NCBI GenBank assembly: GCA_041739295.1
Contig: JBGSOE010000441.1
Coordinates: forward strand, 123 to 64,122
Direction: 5' to 3'
DNA length: 64,000 bases
DNA from: Thiohalobacterales bacterium
Lineage (GTDB): Bacteria; Pseudomonadota; Gammaproteobacteria; Thiohalobacterales; Thiohalobacteraceae
Position numbers and translations under genes: made by a program. The notes beneath the pieces were generated by a model. That model was not told the DNA's origin and made no database searches. It worked only from the letters and a program-made list of their open reading frames with translations. Positions 28,246 through 39,890 of this stretch are shown here, one piece after another. Numbering within the stretch: the stretch's first letter is position 1; the number at the start of each line of letters is the position of its first letter.

Positions 28246-29121
28246 GTGAAGCCTGTGCTAATCATTGGCTGCGGTTATGTGGGGCAGCGTCTGGCGCGTG
28301 TTTTATGCCGCGATGGCTGTGCGGTGACGGGGGTGATTCGCAGTGGCGAATCCGCGGCAGCTGTGCGTGATCTTGGCGCCACTGCGGTGCAAGTTGACCT
28401 GGACACCGAGTCCGTACTGCCGGAACTGCCTACAACGAATACAGAGTTGTTCTATTTCGCGCCACCGCCTGGCACGGGTGCAACTGATCCGCGTCTACGT
28501 AGTGTTCTGACAGCAATAACCCCCGAAATATTGCCGGCGCGTATCGTCTACATCAGTACCAGCGGGGTCTATGGTGATTGTGGCGGCGATTGGGTGGATG
28601 AATCATATCCACTCAATCCGGCCACGCCGCGCGCCCTGCGCCGCGCCGATGCGGAGGCGGCGCTACATGCATGGAGTAACGCTACCGGTGTACCCGTCGT
28701 GATCCTGCGCGTGCCCGGTATCTACGGCCCGGGCAAGCTGCCGTTGGAGCGGTTGCGCAAAGGCTTGCCACTACTGCGCGAAGACGAATCTCCCTACACC
28801 AATCGTATCCAGGTCGATGATCTGATTGCCGTCTGTCAGGCAGCCATGCAACGGGGGACGCCAGGCGCGGCCTATAATGTCAGTGATGGCCAACCTTCCA
28901 ACATGACCGATTACTTCAACCGCATCGCGGATTTCACCGGCTTACCCCGTCCGCCAGTGATCCGCCGTGATCAGATCGATCAGCTCAGCCCCGGCATGCG
29001 CGGTTTCATGGAAGAGTCCAAACGTCTGGATACGCGACGCCTGCGCGAGGAACTGGGTGTTACGTTGAATTACCCGACCTTCGAGCTGGGCTTGGCGGCC
29101 AGTCTGGCGGAGGCCGGATAG
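28246..29121 (+). CDS. SDR-family NAD(P)-dependent epimerase/dehydratase-like protein
   Basis: GTG start preceded by AGGAGA. Contains IIGCGYVG (Rossmann fold). Confidence 0.8.
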   Translation: MKPVLIIGCGYVGQRLARVLCRDGCAVTGVIRSGESAAAVRDLGATAVQVDLDTESVLPELPTTNTELFYFAPPPGTGATDPRLRSVLTAITPEILPARIVYISTSGVYGDCGGDWVDESYPLNPATPRALRRADAEAALHAWSNATGVPVVILRVPGIYGPGKLPLERLRKGLPLLREDESPYTNRIQVDDLIAVCQAAMQRGTPGAAYNVSDGQPSNMTDYFNRIADFTGLPRPPVIRRDQIDQLSPGMRGFMEESKRLDTRRLREELGVTLNYPTFELGLAASLAEAG

Positions 29122-29138
29122 CGATCGCTGTTGCGTTG

Positions 29139-30617
29139 TTAACGGTCGGTCGGTTCTATTCCCAAATCTTCCCAGATTGCATCCACGCGCTGCTTTATCT
29201 CGTCCGTCATTGCGATAGGTCTGCCCCACTCGCGTGTCGTCTCACCCTTCCATTTATTCGTCGCATCAAAACCGATCTTGCCGCCGAGACCTGACACGGG
29301 CGAGGCGAAGTCCAGGTAGTCGATCGGTGTGTTTTCGACGAGTATGGTGTCACGCACCGGGTCCATGCGCGTGGTCATGGCCCAGATCACATCTTTCCAG
29401 TCGCGCACGTCCACGTCATCGTCGGTGACGATGACGAATTTGGTGTACATGAACTGACGGAGAAAACTCCAAACACCAAACATTACGCGTTTGGCATGGC
29501 CGGGGTACTGCTTTTTCATGCTTACACAGGCGATGCGATAGGAACAGCCTTCCGGCGGCAGATAGAAATCGACGATCTCCGGAAATTGTTTTTGCAGAAT
29601 AGGTACGAAAACTTCATTCAGCGCGACGCCTAATATCGCCGGCTCATCCGGCGGACGACCGGTGTAGGTGCTGTGATAAATCGGATCGCGGCGATGGGTG
29701 ATGCGCTCAATGGTAAATACCGGGAAACGATCGACCTCGTTGTAGTAACCGGTGTGATCACCGAATGGACCTTCTTCGGCCTCCTCGCCTGGATAGATAA
29801 AACCTTCCAGCACGATCTCGGCGCTGGCCGGTATCTGTAAATCATGCGTAATGCATTTGGTCAGTTCGGTTTTTGAGCCGCGCAATAAGCCTGCGAAGGC
29901 GTATTCCGATAACGAGTCCGGCACGGGAGTAACCGCGCCGAGAATCGTCGCGGGATCGGCGCCGAGCGCAACGGCAACCGGAAACGGTTCGCCGGGATGC
30001 GTCGCGCACCAATCGCGATAGTCTAATGCGCCGCCCCGATGCGCGAGCCAGCGCATGATGACCTTGTTACGACCTATCACTTGTTGGCGATAAATACCGA
30101 GATTTTGCCGTTCCTTGTGTGGGCCACGCGTGCATACCAGCGCCCAGGTGATGAGTGGGCCAGCGTCTTCCGGCCAACAGGTTTGGATTGGGATACGTGA
30201 CAGATCGACCGCATCACCTTCTAATACTACTTCCTGGCAGGTTGCGCCCTTGATGATTTTCGGCGCCATGTCGAGCACTTTCTTAAAGACCGGTAATTTA
30301 TCCCAGGCGTCTTTCATGCCCTTGGGCGGTTCCGGTTCTTTCAGGAACGCGAGCAGTTTGCCGACTTCGCGCAAGGCCTCGACCGAATCTTCGCCCATGC
30401 CCATCGCGACACGTTTGGGTGTGCCGAACAGATTGCCGAGCACCGGCATCGAATGACCTTTGGGATTTTCGAACAACAACGCTGGTCCGCCGGCGCGTAA
30501 GGTACGATCACAGATCTCGGTCATTTCGAGATAGGGATCGACCTCTTGGTGGATGCGTTTGAGTTCACCCTGGGCTTCGAGCTGTTTGATGAAGTCGCGG
30601 AGGTCTTTGTATTGCAT
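29139..30617 (-). CDS. ubiD: 4-hydroxy-3-polyprenylbenzoate decarboxylase
   Basis: The internal ATG at 30617 gives [14 protein letters not shown], a typical UbiD N-terminus. About 492 aa. Confidence 0.93.
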   Translation of the reverse strand: MQYKDLRDFIKQLEAQGELKRIHQEVDPYLEMTEICDRTLRAGGPALLFENPKGHSMPVLGNLFGTPKRVAMGMGEDSVEALREVGKLLAFLKEPEPPKGMKDAWDKLPVFKKVLDMAPKIIKGATCQEVVLEGDAVDLSRIPIQTCWPEDAGPLITWALVCTRGPHKERQNLGIYRQQVIGRNKVIMRWLAHRGGALDYRDWCATHPGEPFPVAVALGADPATILGAVTPVPDSLSEYAFAGLLRGSKTELTKCITHDLQIPASAEIVLEGFIYPGEEAEEGPFGDHTGYYNEVDRFPVFTIERITHRRDPIYHSTYTGRPPDEPAILGVALNEVFVPILQKQFPEIVDFYLPPEGCSYRIACVSMKKQYPGHAKRVMFGVWSFLRQFMYTKFVIVTDDDVDVRDWKDVIWAMTTRMDPVRDTILVENTPIDYLDFASPVSGLGGKIGFDATNKWKGETTREWGRPIAMTDEIKQRVDAIWEDLGIEPTDR

Positions 30618-30693
30618 ATTGTGTCTCGCGCAAAGACGCAAAGGCGCCAAGTGACAGAGTTGTCCAAAGAAAGACTGGCTATGAAAGTTCCCC

Positions 30694-30777
30694 GTAATTG
30701 CGAGCGTAGCGCGGCAATCTCTCGATCGAGGCTAACCACTCTGGAGATTGCTTCGTCGCTCCGCTCACCGCAATGAC
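30694..30777. repeat. Imperfect palindromic intergenic element (ATTGCGAGCGTAGCG..CAATCTC type)
   Basis: GTAATTGCGAGCGTAGCGCGGCAATCTC pairs imperfectly with GAGATTGCTTCGTCGCTCCGCTCACCGCAATGAC. A solo GCCAAG-type half arm lies at 30633-30655. Confidence 0.65.
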
Positions 30778-30798
30778 AAAGTAACTAATGATTTGCCC

Positions 30799-32841
30799 TT
30801 ACGCCGCCAGACCCGAGTGTCGTAACAGCGCATCAATAGTCGGTTCACGACCACGGAAGTCGATGAACAATTCCATGGGTTCGCGAGATCCGCCGCGCTC
30901 CAAAATGGCGGTGAGGAAGCGTTTACCGGTTTCACGATCGAAAATACCGGCTTCCTCGAATGCAGAGAAGGCATCCGCCGAAAGTACCTCGGCCCATTTG
31001 TAACTGTAATAACCTGCACCATAGCCGCCCGCGAATATATGCGAGAAGCTGTGTGGGAAGCGATTGAACGATGGCGGCTTCATCACTGCAACCTGCTGGC
31101 GTACCTCGTCGAGGATTTCATACACACGTCCACCCTTCACTGGATCGAAGTCACGGTGGATGCGGAAATCGAACATGGAGAATTCCAGCTGCCGCACCAT
31201 TTGCATTGCCGATTGGAAATTCCGGGCCGCCTGCATACGTTCATAGAGTTGCTGAGGCAACGGTTCGCCGGTCTGATAATGGCCAGCGATCAGGTCGAGT
31301 GCCTCGCGCTCCCAACACCAGTTCTCCATGAACTGACTGGGTAGCTCGACGGCATCCCAGGCCACACCGCTGATGCCGGACACGCCGGCGTAATCCACTT
31401 GTGTCAGCATGTGATGCAGGCCATGACCGAATTCATGGAATAGCGTGATCACTTCATCATGCGTGAACAGTGCCGGGTCATTGCCGATTGGTGGTGAGAA
31501 ATTACAGGTCAGATAGGCCACTGGCGTTTGCGGCCCACTGGCGGTCATGCGGCGCGCAATACAATCGTCCATCCAGGCACCGCCACGTTTATGTGGGCGG
31601 GCGTAAAGATCCAGGTAGAACTGACCACGAAGCTTCCCGGCGGCATCGTGGATTTCGAAGAAGCGTACGCTGGGATGCCAGGTGTCAATGCCGGAGACTT
31701 CGCGAATCTCCAGACCGTATAGACGCTGTACTACGGCGAACATGCCGGGCAGTACGCGCGTTTCCGGGAAATAGGGCTTCAATTCTTCCTGTGAGATGGC
31801 GTACTGGTGTTGACGCAATTTCTCCGAATAGTAGGAAATGTCCCAGGATTCCAGAGTGTCTGAGTTGTGCTGCTCACGCGCGAAACTGCGCACCGCATCG
31901 AGATCTTCGCGCGCCTTAGGCAGCGACCTTTCCGCTAGATCAGTCAGGAACTGCATGACCTGATCGGTGCTCTGCGCCATTTTGGTTTCGATGGAACGTT
32001 CGGCATAGTTGGCAAAGCCGAGCAGTTGCGCGGCCTCGTGACGTAATGCCAGGAGTTGTTCCATCAGCGGGCCGTTGTCCCAGGTGCCGGCATTGGGTCC
32101 TTCATCGGAGGCGCGGGTGACGTAGGCGGTATAGGCCTCACGGCGCAGTTCGCGGTCGTCGGCGTAGATGAGCACGGGATAGTAGCTGGGGAATTCCAGA
32201 TTGAACAACCAGCCTTCCATGCCTTCACGTTCGGCGGTTTGTTTGGCGAGCCCGATGGCGCTGTCGGGTAGACCGGCCAGGCGTGTGCTGTCGGTGATCT
32301 GGAGCTTCCAGGCATTGGTGGCGTCGAGCAGGTTCTCCTCGAATTTCGCCTGCACGGAGGACAATTCCTGCATCAGTGCCTTGTAGCGGTCGCGCTGCGA
32401 CGGGGTGAGTGCGATGCCGGACAAGCGGAAGTCGCGTATGGAATTGTCGATTATCTTGCGCTGCGCGGTATCGAGCTGCGCATATTCAGGCCCCTCGGCT
32501 ATTTGTTTATAGGCCTGATAGAGCGCCTCGTTCTGACCCATCTCGGTGCCGTATTCGGATAGCTTGGGCAGGCAGGCGTTGTAGGCGGCGCGTAAGTCCT
32601 CGGCGTTGACGACCGAATTCATATGGCCGATCGGTGACCAGGCACGCGATAGTTTGTCTTCCACGTCTTCGATGGGTTGGACCAGATTCGCCCAGCTGTA
32701 GGTTGTATTGTCCGCGAGCAGCTGCGCGACGCGGGCGCGGCACTCCGCGAGCAGCGCATCAAGGGCCGGCTCAACATATTCAGGGCGGATCTTGGAAAAC
32801 GGCGGCAGGCCGGTGAGGCCGAGCAGTGGATTGTCAGTCAT
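30799..32841 (-). CDS. prlC: Oligopeptidase A (M3 metallopeptidase)
   Basis: HEFGH zinc motif. The internal ATG at 32841 gives MTDNPLLGLTGLPPF. About 680 aa. Confidence 0.93.
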   Translation of the reverse strand: MTDNPLLGLTGLPPFSKIRPEYVEPALDALLAECRARVAQLLADNTTYSWANLVQPIEDVEDKLSRAWSPIGHMNSVVNAEDLRAAYNACLPKLSEYGTEMGQNEALYQAYKQIAEGPEYAQLDTAQRKIIDNSIRDFRLSGIALTPSQRDRYKALMQELSSVQAKFEENLLDATNAWKLQITDSTRLAGLPDSAIGLAKQTAEREGMEGWLFNLEFPSYYPVLIYADDRELRREAYTAYVTRASDEGPNAGTWDNGPLMEQLLALRHEAAQLLGFANYAERSIETKMAQSTDQVMQFLTDLAERSLPKAREDLDAVRSFAREQHNSDTLESWDISYYSEKLRQHQYAISQEELKPYFPETRVLPGMFAVVQRLYGLEIREVSGIDTWHPSVRFFEIHDAAGKLRGQFYLDLYARPHKRGGAWMDDCIARRMTASGPQTPVAYLTCNFSPPIGNDPALFTHDEVITLFHEFGHGLHHMLTQVDYAGVSGISGVAWDAVELPSQFMENWCWEREALDLIAGHYQTGEPLPQQLYERMQAARNFQSAMQMVRQLEFSMFDFRIHRDFDPVKGGRVYEILDEVRQQVAVMKPPSFNRFPHSFSHIFAGGYGAGYYSYKWAEVLSADAFSAFEEAGIFDRETGKRFLTAILERGGSREPMELFIDFRGREPTIDALLRHSGLAA

Positions 32842-33005
32842 GGGGTATCTCGCAGAAACGTTGCAGAAGGCGCCGAGGACGTACTTTAGCACGTGCCCAT
32901 AATGTCAACCAAAGCCCGGCGCAACGCCAGGGAAATGCCTGCGGCCGAAGCTGCGAGGCCTGTTAGAATGTGGCCATTCAAGTACCGGTACGTCAAGGAG
33001 CGTGC

Positions 33006-34355
33006 ATGACCAAACACTACGATCTCATTGCCATCGGCGCCGGCAGCGGTGGTTTGTCAGTGGCCGAGCGTGCTGCACGCTATGGCGCTAAATGCGCGCT
33101 GATCGAGCATGGCCCGCTGGGTGGAACCTGTGTGAATGTGGGTTGTGTCCCTAAAAAAGTCATGTGGTTCGGTGCTGGCTTGGCCCATGTGCTGGAGGAT
33201 GCCGCGGGTTTCGGCTTCAGTGTTGGCGAGTACAGTTTTGACTGGTCCAGTCTGAAACAGGCGCGTGACCGTTATGTGCACAATATCAATAGTTGGTATC
33301 ACACATACCTGGCCGATTCTAACATCGACGAGATTGTCGGCACGGCGCGCTTCATTGACGCGCGCACGCTGGAGGTCGCTGGCGAGCGTTATACCGCGGA
33401 TAATATTGCCATCGCGGTGGGTGGTTATCCCAGTATGCCGGATTTGCCCGGCGTAGAACTCGGTATCACATCGGATGGATTTTTCGCTCTGGAAGAACTG
33501 CCGCGTCGGGTCGCCGTGGTGGGTTCGGGGTATATCGCCGTGGAACTTGCCAGCGTGCTCAATGCGCTGGGCGCCGATGTCACCTTGTTATTACGCCGTG
33601 AGACGCTGTTGCGTAGCTTCGATGCCATGCTGCGCGAGAGCCTGATGGAGGAGATGCTCAATGCCGGTGTGAATATTCTCGCCGGTACTCAGGTGACTTC
33701 AGTGAGCCGTCAGGACGATGGGTCGTTATGCCTTGAATGCAGCAACGGCCAGCGCTTGGAGGGCTACGAACAATTGATCTGGGCGATCGGCCGCACACCC
33801 GCGACCGCCGGTCTGAATCTGGCGGCAGCCGGTGTCGAGATTGATGCGGACGGCTTCGTCCCCAGTGATAAATATGAGCAGACCAACGTCGCGGGAATTT
33901 ATTCGCTGGGTGATGTGAACGGCAAGGTCGCGCTGACCCCGGTCGCCATTGCCGCGGCACGGCGGTTGGCGGATCGGCTATTCGGCGGTATAACCGATCG
34001 ACATCTATCTTATGAGAATGTCCCCAGCGTGGTGTTCAGCCATCCTCCTATCGGCAGCGTCGGGCTGACCGAAGAACAGGCGCGTGCCGATCACGGCGAA
34101 GCAGTGAAGGTCTACAGCACCCGCTTCACACCCATGTATAACGCCATCAGTGGTCGACATGAACAGACCGCCATGAAATTGGTGACAGTCGGTGCCCAGG
34201 AAAAGGTCGTCGGTTGCCACATCATCGGTCTGGGGGCGGATGAGATGTTGCAGGGTTTCGCCGTAGCGATCCGCATGGGCGCGACCAAGCATGATCTGGA
34301 CGATACCGTGGCGCTCCACCCCACAAGCGCGGAAGAATTAGTGACTATGAGATAG
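33006..34355 (+). CDS. gor: Glutathione-disulfide reductase
   Basis: ATG at 33006 preceded by AAGGAG. GAGSGG, the redox-active [13 protein letters not shown], and C-terminal HPTSAEELV. Confidence 0.93.
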   Translation: MTKHYDLIAIGAGSGGLSVAERAARYGAKCALIEHGPLGGTCVNVGCVPKKVMWFGAGLAHVLEDAAGFGFSVGEYSFDWSSLKQARDRYVHNINSWYHTYLADSNIDEIVGTARFIDARTLEVAGERYTADNIAIAVGGYPSMPDLPGVELGITSDGFFALEELPRRVAVVGSGYIAVELASVLNALGADVTLLLRRETLLRSFDAMLRESLMEEMLNAGVNILAGTQVTSVSRQDDGSLCLECSNGQRLEGYEQLIWAIGRTPATAGLNLAAAGVEIDADGFVPSDKYEQTNVAGIYSLGDVNGKVALTPVAIAAARRLADRLFGGITDRHLSYENVPSVVFSHPPIGSVGLTEEQARADHGEAVKVYSTRFTPMYNAISGRHEQTAMKLVTVGAQEKVVGCHIIGLGADEMLQGFAVAIRMGATKHDLDDTVALHPTSAEELVTMR

Positions 34356-34358
34356 CCA

Positions 34359-34889
34359 ATGCCGATCCGCAGCTTTGAATCCAAGCAGCCCCGCATTGAT
34401 GCCAGTGCCTATATCGATCCGCAGGCGCTGGTCATTGGTGATGTCGAGATTGGCGCCGATGTTTCGCTCTGGCCGAATGTGGTGGTGCGAGGTGATATAC
34501 ACTCAATTAATATTGGTGCTAACACTAATATTCAGGATGGTTCTATTCTTCATGTTTCCCATGACAGCGAGTTTGCGCCCGGCGGCTTCCCGCTCCGAAT
34601 TGGCGTGGGCGTAACAGTGGGTCATATGGTCGTGCTACATGGCTGCACTATTGAAGATAACTGTCTGATTGGCATGGGATCAATGGTCATGGATGGGGTG
34701 CTGATCGAGGCCGGCGCCATGCTTGGTGCGGGCAGTCTGGTCGCACCTGGGAAACATGTCGAGGGTGGGTATCTCTGGCACGGGCGGCCGGCGCGCCGGG
34801 TGCGACCTTTAAACCCGGATGAGTTGCTATATCTCAAGTATTCCGCAGAACATTATATCCGGCTAAAAAATCGCCATCGCGCATCGTGA
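34359..34889 (+). CDS. Gamma-carbonic anhydrase family / left-handed beta-helix protein (YrdA-like)
   Basis: 176 aa. Hexapeptide repeats, NIQDGSILH, VGHMVVLHGC. Confidence 0.88.
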   Translation: MPIRSFESKQPRIDASAYIDPQALVIGDVEIGADVSLWPNVVVRGDIHSINIGANTNIQDGSILHVSHDSEFAPGGFPLRIGVGVTVGHMVVLHGCTIEDNCLIGMGSMVMDGVLIEAGAMLGAGSLVAPGKHVEGGYLWHGRPARRVRPLNPDELLYLKYSAEHYIRLKNRHRAS

Positions 34890-35010
34890 AATCATTCGCT
34901 ATACTCGCGTCAAGGTACCGTCGCTGCAGTGCTTGTCCCGCAGACAAATGAGACGGTTGAGATAATTAAACACCAGCTAAATTGACGTCTGAGACAAGTG
35001 AGAGACTGCT

Positions 35011-35355
35011 ATGAACCTCTTCATCGGAAATCTACCCGTTACGGCGACCGAAGGTGATCTTCTCAGCTTGCTGCGATTGCCGCAGGAAGAGGCTACGCGC
35101 CGGCTGCGCATTTTCAAGCGCGCCGACCGCAAGGGATCAACGCAGCGCTTCGGACTGGTCTATGTGGAATCGGATGCTGATCTGCGCAAAATGTTGGCGC
35201 GCAGTCGCGATGCGCAACTGGATGGCCAGCGTCTGAATGTGCGTGAATTTTATTCACGCGCATCTGGTAATGAGCGCCGCGCTCTGGACTGGCGTTCACG
35301 CAAATGGCCGCATGCAGAGAGACGTAGTTCGGAACGCCGCACCAGTGTAGCTTAA
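35011..35355 (+). CDS. RRM-type RNA-binding protein with an Arg/Ser-rich tail
   Basis: 114 aa. RNP2-like LFIGNL, RNP1-like RFGLVYVE, C-terminal RRSSERRTS. Confidence 0.7.
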   Translation: MNLFIGNLPVTATEGDLLSLLRLPQEEATRRLRIFKRADRKGSTQRFGLVYVESDADLRKMLARSRDAQLDGQRLNVREFYSRASGNERRALDWRSRKWPHAERRSSERRTSVA

Positions 35356-36188
35356 CGTTTCCGTAGCCACTCGATAACCGGCCCGGTCTCGGGCCGGACA
35401 CCACGCCAGATCCAGAACGCCTCAGCCGCTTGTTCCACCAACATGCCCAAACCATCGCGCGCCTGGGCAGCACCTACCTGTAATGACCAACGCACGAATG
35501 CCGTCGGCTCAGTCGCGTACATCATGTCATAGGCCCAGGCATTCTTCGCGAACACGGATTTAGGTATTAGTGGTACTGCTCCGCTGAGACCCGCCGCCGT
35601 GGCGTTGATAACCAAATCGAACTGTTGATCGTAGAGGGCATCAAAACCACAGCCGGATATTGGGCCCAGTTGGTTAAAGTGCGCGGCTAATTCGTCAGCC
35701 TTGGCGACGGTGCGATTGGCGATCACCAGGGACTGCGGCAGTTCGGCCAATAGCGGTTCGACAACCCCGCGTGCCGCACCACCGGCACCGAGCAGTAATA
35801 TCCGCATGGCGGCGAACTTCACGCCATGATTGTTGCGCAGGTCATGCACGAGTCCGACTCCGTCGGTGGTATCGCCGGTTAGTTCACCTTGTTCATTCCA
35901 CCATAGGGTATTCACGGCGCCGGCCCGTTCGGCGCGTGCTGTGCGCAGCTTCGCCAGTTGCCAGGCTTCTTGCTTGAAGGGGACGGTGATATTCAGACCT
36001 TTGCCACCAGCGGAATGAAACGTAACGACCGCTGAGGGAAATTCGCCGAGTTCGACCAACAAGGCCTCATAGGTCATGCATTGGCCGGTCTGCGCAGCGA
36101 ACTGTGTATGTATCTGTGGTGACTTGCTATGGCCGATGGGGTTGCCCATGACGGCATAGCGGTCAGGTGCTGATTGATAGTCGCTCAT
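35352..36188 (-). CDS. aroE: Shikimate dehydrogenase
   Basis: The internal ATG at 36188 gives MSDYQSAPDRYAVMGNPIGHSKSP. The longer ORF extension overlaps hemB. About 278 aa. Confidence 0.92.
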   Translation of the reverse strand: MSDYQSAPDRYAVMGNPIGHSKSPQIHTQFAAQTGQCMTYEALLVELGEFPSAVVTFHSAGGKGLNITVPFKQEAWQLAKLRTARAERAGAVNTLWWNEQGELTGDTTDGVGLVHDLRNNHGVKFAAMRILLLGAGGAARGVVEPLLAELPQSLVIANRTVAKADELAAHFNQLGPISGCGFDALYDQQFDLVINATAAGLSGAVPLIPKSVFAKNAWAYDMMYATEPTAFVRWSLQVGAAQARDGLGMLVEQAAEAFWIWRGVRPETGPVIEWLRKR

Positions 36189-36246
36189 GCAAAGATACTC
36201 ACTAACAGGATAAGAAAATTGACTCCCTGAGTGGCTGGTGTGTAGA

Positions 36247-37326
<1,080 letters not shown>

Positions 37327-37344
37327 TCATGCAGATGGGCTAGC

Positions 37345-37935
37345 ATGAGTGACAGCAACTTTCATGAGACCGGAGCCATGTCCTGGGTCCTGCCCGATGT
37401 TGATCTATTTCTGCTGGCCACGCCTCTGGTCGAACCTCCATTGGCCGGCTGGTACGCCGCGCCCCTGGCGCCGTCGGTCGCGGTGCAGTTGCAGTCGCAG
37501 GCGCGCCAAACACAGCAGCAGTTACTGGCAAGTCAGGGCAATCTGTTCGCACCTCGATTGGCGGATTTGATCGCTGGCTATTGGCAGGGTCGCGTCATCG
37601 ATCTCGATTATCAGAGTCTGCTGGCGACAGTGCCGCCGGGACAGCAGGCACTGGTGGAGCTGGTGTACGGACAATTGCTGATCAGCCAGAAGCTGTCCGG
37701 TGCCCGGGAGCACCTAAAGCGCGGCTTTACCCTGGCCACGCCGATGTTAAAACCTGCGGAGTACTTCGCAGTCTTGCGCTGTCATGAATTGCTGGGTTCA
37801 CTGGTGTTGACGGGGCATCCCGCTGTCGCCCAGACACTCCCCTCGCTACTCACTGAGGCGCAGGTAATCAAGCAATTACAACCCGCTGGTAACCGCGTAC
37901 GGCATTCTCACAGAGACGATGACACATTGGGTTGA
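37345..37935 (+). CDS. Hypothetical protein
   Basis: 196-aa ORF filling the hemB-mlaC gap. I recognise no family and see no signal peptide or TM. The coding call rests only on length and position. Confidence 0.45.
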   Translation: MSDSNFHETGAMSWVLPDVDLFLLATPLVEPPLAGWYAAPLAPSVAVQLQSQARQTQQQLLASQGNLFAPRLADLIAGYWQGRVIDLDYQSLLATVPPGQQALVELVYGQLLISQKLSGAREHLKRGFTLATPMLKPAEYFAVLRCHELLGSLVLTGHPAVAQTLPSLLTEAQVIKQLQPAGNRVRHSHRDDDTLG

Positions 37936-38074
37936 GCTCAGCGTATCGATTCAAGGATGAGTCCCCGAAGTCCGCTACAGCTCATATCAAAGCATTGTTG
38001 CGATCGGGTTACTGATCGTGACGGGTTACTACCCGATTGATAGTCAGCGACAACCTGGATTGTAGGGGGGGCGT

Positions 38075-38752
38075 ATGCAGTTACTGCACAGTCAAATATC
38101 ACGACCGGTCAGTGTGCTGGCCGCCACGCTACGTGTTGGCGGTTATGCATGGTTATGGCTACTGGCCGTCGTTTTCGGTGTATACAGCACAACTGTACGG
38201 GCGGGCGTGGAGCCGCAGGAGTTAGTGCGACAAACCTCTGAGCAAATGTTGCATACCCTGCAACAGGAGGGCACAACCCTCACCCAGGATCCACAGCGCC
38301 TGTATGCGTTGGTTGACGGTGTGCTGCTCCAGCATATGGATTTTGAGCGCATGTCGCGTTGGACGCTGGGTAAATATTGGAAATCGGCTTCAGTAGATCA
38401 GCAGACGCAGTTTGTCGCGCAATTTCGGCGTCTACTGGTGCGTACCTATGCGACTGCTTTGGTGAGTTACAGCGGCCAGCAGATAACCTTTTTGCCGTCG
38501 CGTGGTGATGAGCGTGACAATGAAGTGACGGTGCGTACAGAGATCGCTCAACCTGCAGGACAACCGGTGCAAGTCAATTACAGCCTGTATTTACGTAATG
38601 GCGAATGGAAGGCCTATGACGTGCAGATCGGCGGTATCAGTTTGGTCGCGAACTATAGGGCGGCTTTCGCCGCCGAAGTGCGTAGTGGCGGGCTAGATGC
38701 CTTGATTCAGTCCTTGGCATCACGCAACCAACAGGCGATGAACAGCCTGTAA
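38075..38752 (+). CDS. MlaC/Ttg2D-family phospholipid-binding periplasmic protein
   Basis: 225 aa with a signal/TM N-terminus. MDFERMSRWTLGKYWKSAS and YDVQIGGISLVANYR. Confidence 0.8.
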   Translation: MQLLHSQISRPVSVLAATLRVGGYAWLWLLAVVFGVYSTTVRAGVEPQELVRQTSEQMLHTLQQEGTTLTQDPQRLYALVDGVLLQHMDFERMSRWTLGKYWKSASVDQQTQFVAQFRRLLVRTYATALVSYSGQQITFLPSRGDERDNEVTVRTEIAQPAGQPVQVNYSLYLRNGEWKAYDVQIGGISLVANYRAAFAAEVRSGGLDALIQSLASRNQQAMNSL

Positions 38753-38819
38753 TTTTCAGATGTTAAAGCTTGCTGTTGTGTAGCAGGCGCCAGTACTCTG
38801 ACACATTGATTACACATCT

Positions 38820-39764
38820 ATGTCGCAGATCGGTGCCCTGTTCATGTCGTTTATCCGTTTCATAGCTAATCAGCTGGCGCCCTTGACGCTACTGGGCGCC
38901 GTCCTTGCCTACTTATACCCGCAACTGTTTCTGATCTTCAAGACCAGTTACCTGTGGTTCTTTGCCGTGACGATGTTTGCCTTGGGTGTCGTGTTGGATC
39001 CCCAGGAGTTACAGGACACACTGCGTGAACCAAAGCGTATCGGTTTGGGAGTGCTGACCCAATTCACGGTTATGCCTGTATTGGGATTCGCTGCGGCCTA
39101 TCTATTACCGGTCTCGGATGAACTGGCCCTGGGTTTCATTATTGTTGGCTGCGCTCCCGGCGTGATGGCCAGTAACGTGATTGTGTATCTGGCCGGCGGG
39201 GCTGTGGCTTATTCAGTAGCGCTGACCACCGTAGCCACGATGCTCGCACCGCTCCTGACGCCAGCGTTGGTGAAACTGCTGGGCGGCGTGTTTTTCGAAA
39301 TCGAATTCTGGCCGATGCTGCAGACTATTGTGATGACCGTGGTGGTGCCGTTGCTGTTGGGAATGGGTTTGCATCGCCTGCTGGGTGTGCGGCTAGCTGT
39401 GGCGCGCGAACTGGCACCGGCGGTCGCGGCCGTCGCCATTGTCATCATCTGCAGTTACGCTGTAGCGGCTAATCAAGCGCGTATTGCTGATCTTGGACCG
39501 TTGCTCATGATCGCGGTGATCGCTGTGAACGGTTTGGGTTATCTCGCCGGCTGGTGGTTGGCACGACTCTACCGGTTTGATTTTCGGCATCGATTGGCAT
39601 TGGCCATCGAGATCGGAATGCAGAACGCGGGTTTGGGCGTTGCGCTGGCCCTCAAGCATTTCCAACCGGAAACCGCCCTGCCAGGCGCACTGTTCGCAGT
39701 CTGGTGCATTCTCACAGCCGCCGGAGCGAGCAGTTATCTGCGTCGGTATGTTGCCAAGCAATGA
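38820..39764 (+). CDS. Bile acid:sodium symporter (BASS) family transporter
   Basis: 314 aa, polytopic. Contains GCAPGVMASNV and IEIGMQNAGLG. Confidence 0.88.
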   Translation: MSQIGALFMSFIRFIANQLAPLTLLGAVLAYLYPQLFLIFKTSYLWFFAVTMFALGVVLDPQELQDTLREPKRIGLGVLTQFTVMPVLGFAAAYLLPVSDELALGFIIVGCAPGVMASNVIVYLAGGAVAYSVALTTVATMLAPLLTPALVKLLGGVFFEIEFWPMLQTIVMTVVVPLLLGMGLHRLLGVRLAVARELAPAVAAVAIVIICSYAVAANQARIADLGPLLMIAVIAVNGLGYLAGWWLARLYRFDFRHRLALAIEIGMQNAGLGVALALKHFQPETALPGALFAVWCILTAAGASSYLRRYVAKQ

Positions 39765-39874
39765 CACATTTTTGTCTCGTCGCGCTCTTTTAGGGCAGTA
39801 ATCCACATCCCTATCAGCTGGCCTCTGGTCAAATAATCTACTAATTTCAATAGATAATCGTATGCGTGCTTAGT

Positions 39875-39890
39875 TGGCACAAGGTCTGCA
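39875..39890 (+). promoter_or_regulatory. Sigma-54-like -24/-12 element (TGGCAC-N5-CTGCA)
   Basis: TGGCAC at 39875-39880 and CTGCA at 39886-39890, in an AT-rich gap about 70 nt upstream of the structured RNA candidate. A single motif match of this kind could arise by chance in 64 kb. Confidence 0.25.
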
